Assembly (NCBI GenBank): GCA_900299245.1
Contig: OMJA01000343.1
Coordinates: 5,317-69,316 of the forward strand
From: Nitrospiraceae bacterium
GTDB taxonomy: Bacteria > Nitrospirota > Nitrospiria > Nitrospirales > Nitrospiraceae
Reading direction: 5' to 3'
Length of the DNA stretch: 64,000 nt
Shown in pieces: positions 10,478 to 18,502 of this stretch; position 1 is the stretch's first letter; every line of letters starts with the position of its first letter. The translations under genes were made by a program, and so were the position numbers. The notes under the pieces were generated by a model that saw only the letters and a program-made list of their open reading frames with translations, was not told where the DNA came from and searched no databases.

Positions 10478-10585
10478 GATACCTGTCCGCGAGCGGATCG
10501 CGGCCTTTTCCACTCAGGTTGACTGCGCAACATTGCCTTGGAAGTGATCATGATATGCGAAAATACCGAGGAAAGTCCATACAAC

Positions 10586-10615
10586 TTGACAAAAGCAGGA
10601 GGCTATCGCTAGTTT
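10586..10615 (+). promoter_or_regulatory. Putative sigma70 promoter for the leader-transporter operon
   Basis: TTGACA-N18-TAGTTT, about 60 nt upstream of ATG 10674. Confidence 0.5.
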
Positions 10616-10673
10616 GGCGAGGGTTTTTGTCGTTTCCGGTCCTGCGTGTTGAGGGTGTGAAGAGTCTGTTCTA

Positions 10674-10997
10674 ATGGTGCGTCTTTCCACATCAGCAGTG
10701 CTGCTCCGCCGGCTGATCTCGCTGGCGATGATCGTGATCCTGCTCGGCCTGGCGCCGTTTGCCGTTGCGCAGGATGTGCATCACGAGCTGGCCGCGGCCG
10801 ACCACGACGGTCACGAGCACTCCGATACCGACCTCTGCCAGTGGGTCCAGCACCATACAGCCGGGTCGTTGGATGTCGATGTTCCGAGGCCGGCCTTTTG
10901 CGAGCTTGTCTGGCATCGCGCCCTTCCGTCCGAGTCGGTCGTACTCTCTCTAGACATTGCTTCCGTCGGTCCTTCCCGCGCTCCTCCGCGTCGCTAA
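10674..10997 (+). CDS. His-rich leader ORF with C-terminal RAPP motif; DUF2946/CruR-like candidate arrest peptide
   Basis: Signal-like N-terminus; HH-x6-HDGHEH-x5-CQWVQHH; ends GPSRAPPRR; directly upstream of a TonB-dependent transporter. Confidence 0.75.
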   Translation: MVRLSTSAVLLRRLISLAMIVILLGLAPFAVAQDVHHELAAADHDGHEHSDTDLCQWVQHHTAGSLDVDVPRPAFCELVWHRALPSESVVLSLDIASVGPSRAPPRR

Positions 10998-11087
10998 GTT
11001 CCCTTCAACGAGTCGTCCAGAGTTCGGCGCAATGTGTGCCGGGCGCTGTGGTCTATTTCATTTCGATGTTGAACGTGGAGGATCGGT

Positions 11088-13499
11088 ATGCGACGTGCGT
11101 GGTGTCATCTCTGTGTCGGTCTGATTGTCGGAATATTGATCGGGAATGGAGGAGGGCTGTCTCCGGCTCATGCGGCGGAGGACGCTGCCAAGACGATTCG
11201 TGGCTCGGTTCAGAACCAGGATCTTCGGCGGGTCGGGCAGGTGGTGGTGGAGGTGAAGGATCAGGAAGGCACCGTCGTCACGACGGGTGTCACCAATGAT
11301 GCCGGCGAGTTTACGGCGTCGGTGCCGGTGGCTGGAACCTACTCCGTCAGCGCCGTGCAGGATACCTATCGCAGCGAATATGTGGTGTTGCAGATCGGGA
11401 CCGAGGCGCCGCGGCCGGTGGCGCTGACCTTGGCGAAAACCAGAGAGATTGCGCTGGAAGTCGTGTCGCCGCTGGCGCCGATTCACTATAAGGCATCGAG
11501 CGAAACCTATGCGGTAAGCCGTAAGGATATCGAATCGTTGCCAAAGGGGAACAATAACGATCTGCATGATGTCCTGTTGACGATCCCCAGTGCCGTCTAC
11601 GGGTCGCTCAAGCAGGTGCACATCCGGCAGGACCACGCGAACATGCAGTTGCGCATCGACGGCGTGCCGATTCCGGAGACGGTGTCGTCTACGTTTTCAG
11701 ACGTGATCTCGCCGCGGGCCTGGGAGCGGGCCGATATTGTCCTCGGCGGCATGGAGGCGAACGTCGGCAACAAGACGGCGGCGCTCATCGACGTCACGAC
11801 CAAGAGCGGAACGAACCCGGCCTTTGGGTCTCTCCAGCTGTTCGGGGGGTCGAATCAAACCGTGAATCCCTCGCTCGAATACGGCGGGACAATCGGGGAA
11901 AAATTCCGCTTCTACATCCTCAACAGTCACGTGGCCACGAATCGCGGCATCGAGCCGCCGACGCTCGGCCATTCTGTCTTTCACGGCCAGAGCGAGCGGA
12001 ATCAAACCTTCATTCGCGGCGACTATCAGCGCGACAATACCAATGCCTTCTCGTGGGTATTTTTGAACTCGGTGGCGAAGTATCAAATCCCCACGCGACC
12101 GGGATTGGAACTGGATCCCAGCGGGCAGGCACTGCCGCTGTTGCAGGCCGCGCGGCCGGGCTATGGCGCGGCGCCTTCTCAAGCCATCGACGAAAATCAA
12201 AAAGAGCAGAATCAGTATGCCCACATGGTCTGGCGACACGATGTCACGTCCAACCAGTTCTTCAGTCTGGCGGGCTACTTCCGGCATACGCGTGCGACGT
12301 TCAAGACCGACGCATTCAATGTGCTGGCCTACTCGCCGGATATCACTGGAGCTCAGGCTGCCGATCAAGACCGCATGGCGTATTCCGGCGGACTGCGGCT
12401 CGATTACACCTATGTGCATAGCAAAGAACATCTCATCAAGAGCGGCTTCCAATTTGATCGCACGCAGGCGGTGAACAAAACGCGCATTACGGCCTTCGAC
12501 GATGCGCTGACCGGCGTGGTGAACGTGAATGCCGACAATCGCCTGATCGGCTACCGGGAGGAGTTCTGGGTGCAGGATCAATGGACGCCGAACGAGCGAT
12601 GGACGTTCAATCTCGGCGTCCGGGGCGACATCGTGCAGTATCAGCGGGATGAAGGCCAGATCAGTCCGCGCCTCGGGGCGACCTACAAGGCCGATCAGGC
12701 GAACGTGTTCCATGCGTTCTACGGGCGCATGTTTACCCCGCCGAACCTCGAAGCCATTTCGTTTGCGAAACTGAATGTGGCCGGGACGACCGCGCAGCCT
12801 GACAACACCACGAACAATCAGCCGCGGGCGGAACGCGCGCACTACTTCGAAGTGGGCAGCTACCATGCCCTCTCCAGCTGGGCGACGTTCGAGCTAACGG
12901 GCTATTACAAACTTGCCCGGTACCTTTCCGATGCCGGGCAATTCGGCACGACGCCGCTGTTGAATTACTTTGCCTTCGATCGAGGCTGGTCTCGCGGGAT
13001 CGACGGGTCGCTGAAGTTTCAGGTGCGAGAGAACCTCACGGCTCGCGCCAATCTGGCCTGGGGGCAGTGCAAGGGCTATGGACTCCAATCCGGCCATTTC
13101 CTGCTCGATCAGAAGGAAATCAACGACATCAATTCCAAAGGCGGCGTCTTCTGTGACCATACGCAGATGGTCACAAGCTCGGCGATGGTGAGTTACCGCA
13201 TGCAGGAGCGGACGACCCTAAGCGGACAGATGCTCTTCGGATCCGGCTTGCGGACGGCGGCCGACGATCAGGCGAAGACGAATTCGACGCATAGCCAGTC
13301 CTATACCGTCTTCAATACGTCGATCACCCATGTCATTCCATTGCCGTGGGACGGGCAGAAATTCCTGCTCGGGTTCGATGTGGTCAATCTGTTCGATCAG
13401 AAGTACTACATCAATCGCGGCGAAGGGAGCATCGGTTTGGGCGTCTCGCACGCGGGGATGCCGAGGTCGTTTTTCTTCCGCGGCCAGTGGTTCTTTTAG
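11088..13499 (+). CDS. TonB-dependent outer-membrane transporter with N-terminal beta-sandwich extension
   Basis: Signal peptide; plug motif RIDGVPI; beta-strand periodicity; NLFDQKY; terminal Phe (GQWFF); SD GGAGG. Confidence 0.88.
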   Translation: MRRAWCHLCVGLIVGILIGNGGGLSPAHAAEDAAKTIRGSVQNQDLRRVGQVVVEVKDQEGTVVTTGVTNDAGEFTASVPVAGTYSVSAVQDTYRSEYVVLQIGTEAPRPVALTLAKTREIALEVVSPLAPIHYKASSETYAVSRKDIESLPKGNNNDLHDVLLTIPSAVYGSLKQVHIRQDHANMQLRIDGVPIPETVSSTFSDVISPRAWERADIVLGGMEANVGNKTAALIDVTTKSGTNPAFGSLQLFGGSNQTVNPSLEYGGTIGEKFRFYILNSHVATNRGIEPPTLGHSVFHGQSERNQTFIRGDYQRDNTNAFSWVFLNSVAKYQIPTRPGLELDPSGQALPLLQAARPGYGAAPSQAIDENQKEQNQYAHMVWRHDVTSNQFFSLAGYFRHTRATFKTDAFNVLAYSPDITGAQAADQDRMAYSGGLRLDYTYVHSKEHLIKSGFQFDRTQAVNKTRITAFDDALTGVVNVNADNRLIGYREEFWVQDQWTPNERWTFNLGVRGDIVQYQRDEGQISPRLGATYKADQANVFHAFYGRMFTPPNLEAISFAKLNVAGTTAQPDNTTNNQPRAERAHYFEVGSYHALSSWATFELTGYYKLARYLSDAGQFGTTPLLNYFAFDRGWSRGIDGSLKFQVRENLTARANLAWGQCKGYGLQSGHFLLDQKEINDINSKGGVFCDHTQMVTSSAMVSYRMQERTTLSGQMLFGSGLRTAADDQAKTNSTHSQSYTVFNTSITHVIPLPWDGQKFLLGFDVVNLFDQKYYINRGEGSIGLGVSHAGMPRSFFFRGQWFF

Positions 13500-13625
13500 C
13501 CGGATGCTGAAACGGGCCATCAACGGCGTTCTCGGCTCGGCTACATCCTCAACGTAGCCCAGAGGCTACGCCTCCGGTGTTGCCGTCGCCTGCGGCCTTG
13601 TTGGCTGGCCCGTTTGAGCATCCGG
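13500..13625. repeat. ~125-nt structured palindromic intergenic repeat, copy 3
   Basis: CCGGATGCTGAAACGGGCCA...TGGCCCGTTTGAGCATCCGG ends; apical CGTAGCC-CAGA-GGCTACG. Confidence 0.9.
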
Positions 13626-13789
13626 GGTGGATCTGCCGATTCACGGTGCAAGGGAGCGCGAAGGCTAAAAGGGACAGAGTGTAAGAAGAGGCGTGCAGGT
13701 TCTTCTGTGAAGAGCGAATCAGGAGCGGACGTGTGCGAATAGTTGTCTGTTTGAGCAACTGAGTGTGATGAGGTAGGATGCGAGGCACT

Positions 13790-14218
13790 ATGAAACAGAT
13801 TCTGACACTTTCAATAATGAGTTTGTTGTGTTTTCCGGTGGCTGCGTGGGCGGTGGCGGGTGACGAGGCGACGCATGCCGACGATCATCATGAGGATGTG
13901 TTGGAGCTGCCCGAAGTCCATGTGCATGGGCTGTCGCTGAACAAGGACCAGCAGCTGGGGCCGGTGGCGAAGTCGACTCCCTGGCCGGGGATTCCGTCAT
14001 CCCTCGACGGCAAGGAGCTCGATGACTGGATGAAGGCCAGGCTAATGGTGTCCAAAGACGCCAAGGTGACGGTCGTGGTGCTGGAGCCGGCCAAACATCG
14101 CGAGTTGACCGCAGCCGGAATCGTCGCGCTCAGCAAGTGGACGTTCGATCCGCAGATGAAGGGCGACGAGATGATCGACGGCGAGCTGACGGTCCGCATC
14201 CATTTCCGCACGCGGTGA
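13790..14218 (+). CDS. Small exported protein with His-rich N-terminus and TonB C-terminal-like domain
   Basis: Signal peptide ending AWA; HADDHHE; pattern PWP...VTVVV...A.I.ALSKWTFDP...G......VRIHF resembles TonB_C. Confidence 0.6.
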   Translation: MKQILTLSIMSLLCFPVAAWAVAGDEATHADDHHEDVLELPEVHVHGLSLNKDQQLGPVAKSTPWPGIPSSLDGKELDDWMKARLMVSKDAKVTVVVLEPAKHRELTAAGIVALSKWTFDPQMKGDEMIDGELTVRIHFRTR

Positions 14219-14225
14219 AGATCGC

Positions 14226-14259
14226 TTGACGCCTGACGAATGACACTTTATCGTCAGGC
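14226..14259 (+). promoter_or_regulatory. Putative promoter overlapped by a 9-bp inverted repeat
   Basis: TTGACG-N17-TATCGT; GCCTGACGA-N11-TCGTCAGGC. Confidence 0.45.
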
Positions 14260-14263
14260 TCAT

Positions 14264-14830
14264 ATGAGCCTCGACGAATCACTCTTTCTCGCCATCAACG
14301 GCCTTGCCGGCCACTCGGAATTCTTCGACCATCTGTTTCTTCGTTTGAGTGCGACGAGCACGCTCTATCTGCCGGTGGCTCTGGCTGCGGGCTATTGGAT
14401 CATGCGGCGGCGTTGGGAGGCCTTGCTCGGCGGTCCGTTTCTGGCCGGGGCCGTCGGGCTCTCGGATTTTCTCGGCGGGCAGCTCAAGTGGGCGGTGGCG
14501 CGTGCGCGGCCCTGTCAGGCGCTGCACGAAGCCGTCGTCGTCGGGGGCGGTGCCTGCGGACGGCTCTTCAGTTTTCCTTCCAACCATGCAATAAACACGG
14601 CGGCGGCCGCCGCGTTTCTGCACATGCTCTATCCCAAGACCGGCTGGATCAGCTGGCCGATCGTGGTACTGGTGGGATTCTCGCGGGTCTACATCGGGGC
14701 GCACTATGTCACCGATGTCTTCGGCGGCTGGGTCTTAGGCGGACTGATCGGCGGCGGCATCGCCTGGGCGCTGCTGCAATGGCCGAGATTTCGCGCGGCA
14801 ACGCAGGGTCCAGTCTCTTCCTCGCGGTAG
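14264..14830 (+). CDS. PAP2-family membrane phosphatase
   Basis: KWAVARARP, SFPSNH and SRVYIGAHYVTDV motifs. Confidence 0.9.
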   Translation: MSLDESLFLAINGLAGHSEFFDHLFLRLSATSTLYLPVALAAGYWIMRRRWEALLGGPFLAGAVGLSDFLGGQLKWAVARARPCQALHEAVVVGGGACGRLFSFPSNHAINTAAAAAFLHMLYPKTGWISWPIVVLVGFSRVYIGAHYVTDVFGGWVLGGLIGGGIAWALLQWPRFRAATQGPVSSSR

Positions 14831-14835
14831 GTTCG

Positions 14836-15792
14836 TTACGACCCTTCCATGCAAGCCAGCAGTGCGGCTCGTAAGGTCTCCACGTCATAGCCTCGGCCGA
14901 TGAGGACGATGGCCGGAGATGGTTCGTCGAGCAGCATGATGGGAGCGATGGTGTGCGCTCCAGGCGGGGCGTACTGAAATTCCTGCAGTTCCGGCTCACC
15001 GGCGAAACGGAAGAAACCTTTGGCCCGTTCGAGTTCTTTGGGCAGCGACTGAGTCCAGGCTTCGAAGCGTGTGCGATTCAGCGGCGAAGGAAGTTTCACG
15101 GTCGTGGCGATGGGATGGTAGTCCGCCCTTGTATGCGAGCGTGAAGAGCGAGGCTCGCCGAAGACCACGTTCGTCTGTTTGGCCGGTCGTGCCTGTTGCC
15201 CCGGTGCCAGGAGCGCGGCGGCGTCGATGCGTGCATGGGTGGTTTCCCAGATGCGGGCATAGGGGTTCTGCTTCACGATTCCACTTTTGAATCCCTCCCA
15301 GTGGCCCGGCACATAGAGATCCTGCTTGTTGAGAATGAGTTCGTCCGCGCAGCGAATCGCCTGCGCGGTGACATACTGGCTGGAGTGGCTGGTCTCGCTG
15401 GCGATGGGATGGAGCAGGGCGATGACCCGTTCCAACGTGGCGAGCCGGGCGGTGTAGAGGTCCGTCACAGCGTCGATTACTTCAGCCGGATCGGCCAGTC
15501 CGGAACATTCGATGATCACGACATCCGAGGCGGCATCGTTGACGAGTTGCGCGATGCCCCACGACAGATCTTCCTTCGTGTCGCAGCAGACGCAGCCGCC
15601 AGCCAGATTCATCACCTGTTCGGCGATGGTGCCGGCGCGCGGGCCGTCGATACTCACCTCGCCCGCTTCGTTCATCAGCACCCCGGCCCTAAGGCCCTGA
15701 CTCTTCCAATATTCCAGCAGCCGCATCAAGAGCGTCGTTTTTCCTGCGCCAAGCGAGCCGCAGAGGAGATAAAAGGGGACTGGCATAGTCAT
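14836..15792 (-). CDS. COG0523/CobW-family (G3E) metallochaperone GTPase
   Basis: GSLGAGKTT, MNEAGE, GCVCC, IECSGLADP, NKQD, RAKG. Confidence 0.9.
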   Translation of the reverse strand: MTMPVPFYLLCGSLGAGKTTLLMRLLEYWKSQGLRAGVLMNEAGEVSIDGPRAGTIAEQVMNLAGGCVCCDTKEDLSWGIAQLVNDAASDVVIIECSGLADPAEVIDAVTDLYTARLATLERVIALLHPIASETSHSSQYVTAQAIRCADELILNKQDLYVPGHWEGFKSGIVKQNPYARIWETTHARIDAAALLAPGQQARPAKQTNVVFGEPRSSRSHTRADYHPIATTVKLPSPLNRTRFEAWTQSLPKELERAKGFFRFAGEPELQEFQYAPPGAHTIAPIMLLDEPSPAIVLIGRGYDVETLRAALLACMEGS

Positions 15793-15862
15793 TCCTGTTT
15801 GTCGAAACACGGCATGAGTACCGTACGGTGCATTCTACCGTTCAAATCGGACGCTGAACAAC

Positions 15863-16807
15863 TTAATGGTGGTGAGTGAGAGCTGCGAGTTCTGGATGCT
15901 GATCGGCGAGTTTGGTCAGGTCACAATGGACGTCGTCGGGGTCGCTGCAATGAGTTTCCAGCTGAACGGTCATGTGCTTGATGCCGAAATCGGCGGTAAT
16001 CCGGTCATGGATCGAGCGGAGCAGCGCGTTGGTGAGGACGGCGTCGTCTCCATCCACCAGCACGTGGGCGGTGAGCATGATGAGGCGGGGCTCCACAGCC
16101 CAGATATGGAGATCGTGCACGTTCTTCACGCCAGGCAGTGACTCGATCGCCGCGGCGACCTGAGACGCGCTGATCGTGGGCGGGGTGGATTCCAGCAGCA
16201 CATCGAGCGATTCTTTGAGCAGCGGCCAGGCGCCGTGGAGAATCGCGCCGACCACCAGAAGACTGATGAGCGGGTCGAGCACGGTCCAGCCCGTCAGCAT
16301 GATCGCGCCGCCGCTCAGCACGACACCGAGCGAGACCCAGGCATCGCCCAGCATGTGCCAGAAGGCGCTGCGGATATTCAGATCGTCTTTCGCGCCATGC
16401 TGGAGCAGCAGGGCGATGCTGAGATTGGCCACAAAGCTCATGGCGGCAATGCCCATGATCCACCCGCCGTCCACTGGCACCGGATGCAGCAACCGCTTGA
16501 ATCCCACGAGCGTAATGCCGATCGCTGTCAGTAACAGAATGAACGAGTTGATAAACGCGGCGACGACGCCTGCGCGATGGTAGCCGAATGTGCGGGTTTC
16601 GCTGGCCGGCTGCCTGGTGAGGATGTGCGCATAGAGCGCCAGAAAGAGCGAACCCTGATCGACGAGGTTGTGTCCCGCGTCACTCATGAGGCCGATACTG
16701 TCGAGTAGGCAGCCGCCGAGGAATTCTGCGGTGATGACCAGGGCATTCAGCCCGAGCGAAAGGTAGAGACGCGAACGCAGATGCTCAAATGAAGCAAGGC
16801 CGGTCAT
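15863..16807 (-). CDS. Cation diffusion facilitator (CzcD/ZitB-like) Zn/Co/Cd transporter
   Basis: SDAGHNLVD, TFGYHRA, HMLGD, HDLHIW; His/Cys-rich tail. Confidence 0.92.
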   Translation of the reverse strand: MTGLASFEHLRSRLYLSLGLNALVITAEFLGGCLLDSIGLMSDAGHNLVDQGSLFLALYAHILTRQPASETRTFGYHRAGVVAAFINSFILLLTAIGITLVGFKRLLHPVPVDGGWIMGIAAMSFVANLSIALLLQHGAKDDLNIRSAFWHMLGDAWVSLGVVLSGGAIMLTGWTVLDPLISLLVVGAILHGAWPLLKESLDVLLESTPPTISASQVAAAIESLPGVKNVHDLHIWAVEPRLIMLTAHVLVDGDDAVLTNALLRSIHDRITADFGIKHMTVQLETHCSDPDDVHCDLTKLADQHPELAALTHHH

Positions 16808-16929
16808 ATACGTAGTGTCGCACGGTCCTCGCATCACGGCAAGCGTTGGAAGAATGACCGGTGGTCGTATGCATGACGCAGGGGATGATCGTGGTGGAAA
16901 ATCAGCGGTGGGTAGTGGTACAAACCCGC

Positions 16930-17832
16930 ATGCGTTGGAAACTCATACTCGGAGCGATGGCGTTGCCGCTGGCGATGGGCGCTGGTGTACTGGCCGCGTC
17001 TTCACCCAAAAGCGATAGCACGACGCAGGTCTCCTTGCCCAGACCCGATCACATTGTGGTCGTGATTGAAGAGAACCATTCCTACAGCCAGATCATCGAT
17101 TCGCCCCATGCGCCCTACATCAATGAGTTGGCCGCCAAGGGGGCGTTGCTCACGCAGTCGTTCGGAATCACCCACCCGAGCCAGCCGAATTACCTCGCGT
17201 TGTTTTCCGGATCGACGCAGAACATCAACGACAATTCGTGTCCGCATACGTTCACCACGCCGAATCTTGGCCACGCCTTGCTGGCAGCCGGGCTGACGTT
17301 CGCCGGCTACTCAGAAGACCTGCCCGAAGCGGGCTCGTTGATCTGCAAAGACGGGAGCTATGCCCGCAAACATAATCCCTGGGCCAATTGGCAGAACAGC
17401 CAGGCCAATGGCCTTCCGGCCGAGATCAATCTGCCTCTGACGAGTTTCCCCGCCGACTATCGTGCACTCCCCACGGTAAGCATCGCCGTGCCGAATCAGG
17501 TGAACGACATGCATCACGGCAAGGATCCGGAGGCGATTCAAACGGGGGATCGCTGGCTACGGGATCACGTGGAGGCCTATGTGCAGTGGGCTCAGCAGCA
17601 CAACAGTCTGCTGATTCTGACGTGGGATGAAGATAATGATAACGCCAAGGAGAATAACCGGATCGTCACGCTCTTCGTCGGTCCCATGGTGAAAGTGGGG
17701 CGCTCAGACCAGCATATCACCCACTACAATGTCCTGCGCACCATCGAAGACCTCTACGGCTTCTCCCACTCCGGTGCAAGCGCCGATGCCGAGCCGATCA
17801 CTCAGATCTGGAAAGCCCCGATCAATCAGTAA
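16930..17832 (+). CDS. Exported acid phosphatase / phosphoesterase
   Basis: Signal peptide; HIVVVIEENHSY, HPSQPNYLAL, KHNPW, NDMH, TWDE. Confidence 0.85.
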   Translation: MRWKLILGAMALPLAMGAGVLAASSPKSDSTTQVSLPRPDHIVVVIEENHSYSQIIDSPHAPYINELAAKGALLTQSFGITHPSQPNYLALFSGSTQNINDNSCPHTFTTPNLGHALLAAGLTFAGYSEDLPEAGSLICKDGSYARKHNPWANWQNSQANGLPAEINLPLTSFPADYRALPTVSIAVPNQVNDMHHGKDPEAIQTGDRWLRDHVEAYVQWAQQHNSLLILTWDEDNDNAKENNRIVTLFVGPMVKVGRSDQHITHYNVLRTIEDLYGFSHSGASADAEPITQIWKAPINQ

Positions 17833-18022
17833 CAGCGCTGACCGTGGAGTTTCAGCATCAGACGCGCATTAACGCTCTTCTCAGAGTTTATCTGGAAGTA
17901 AACAAGGCTTGAGACGGAAGGCGAGGGTGAAAAAGCCCGTCCCATTTATTTTTGGTTCACAGCCTTCCTTAAGGCGTAAGGCCGCGCTAGCCCTGTGGCA
18001 CACGGATACAAGAGAAAACTGT

Positions 18023-18062
18023 GCGCCGTTTTATTGCGTCGGTCTCGAGCATGAAGTTAGAA
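18023..18062 (-). mobile_element. Truncated attC-like site (left half only)
   Basis: Minus strand TTCTAAC-TTCAT-GCTCGAGA-CCGACGC-AATAAAA-CGGCGC shortly after the ORF stop; matching right half absent. Confidence 0.55.
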
Positions 18063-18070
18063 GTTTGTTG

Positions 18071-18349
18071 TTACGGCCTAGGTCTGCGTACTCGCAGAAG
18101 AAATGGTTCAATGGTTACTGAGTGAATTCCTCTGTGTTTACCTTTTCGAATGGTGAACGAGAGCCAAGCGCAACCAAAACGATCAAGCTCTTCGACTTTC
18201 TTGCACTTTCCAACGAGATACTTGAATACGGGCAGGGATTCATGGCGGTAGTTCTGAGCCATGCCCGAAAGATCTGGGACGCCCACAACCCGCACTGTGT
18301 CTCCAACCTGGATCTGTTTTCCTGTAGCGTCTATTGGCTTGTGTTTCAT
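18071..18349 (-). CDS. Small hypothetical protein, probable gene-cassette ORF; KOW/SH3-like start
   Basis: IQVGDTVRVV; AT-richer than neighbours; GTTAGAT just upstream. Confidence 0.6.
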   Translation of the reverse strand: MKHKPIDATGKQIQVGDTVRVVGVPDLSGMAQNYRHESLPVFKYLVGKCKKVEELDRFGCAWLSFTIRKGKHRGIHSVTIEPFLLRVRRPRP

Positions 18350-18502
18350 GATTGTGGGCATCTAACTATGTGTAGGCCTCTCTTGTTCGCAAACCATACG
18401 CTTTGCCCTGTGTCGTTTCAATGAGTTGAGATTGCTGGACCATCCATCCTAGTTTTACACGGATCGAGATAAGACTCCTCATTGAACGGGTTCACATCCC
18501 AT

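Noticed and set aside
15820-15829. ACCGTACGGT palindrome upstream of the CobW-family gene
   Set aside because: Too short and a single occurrence; cannot be told from chance.
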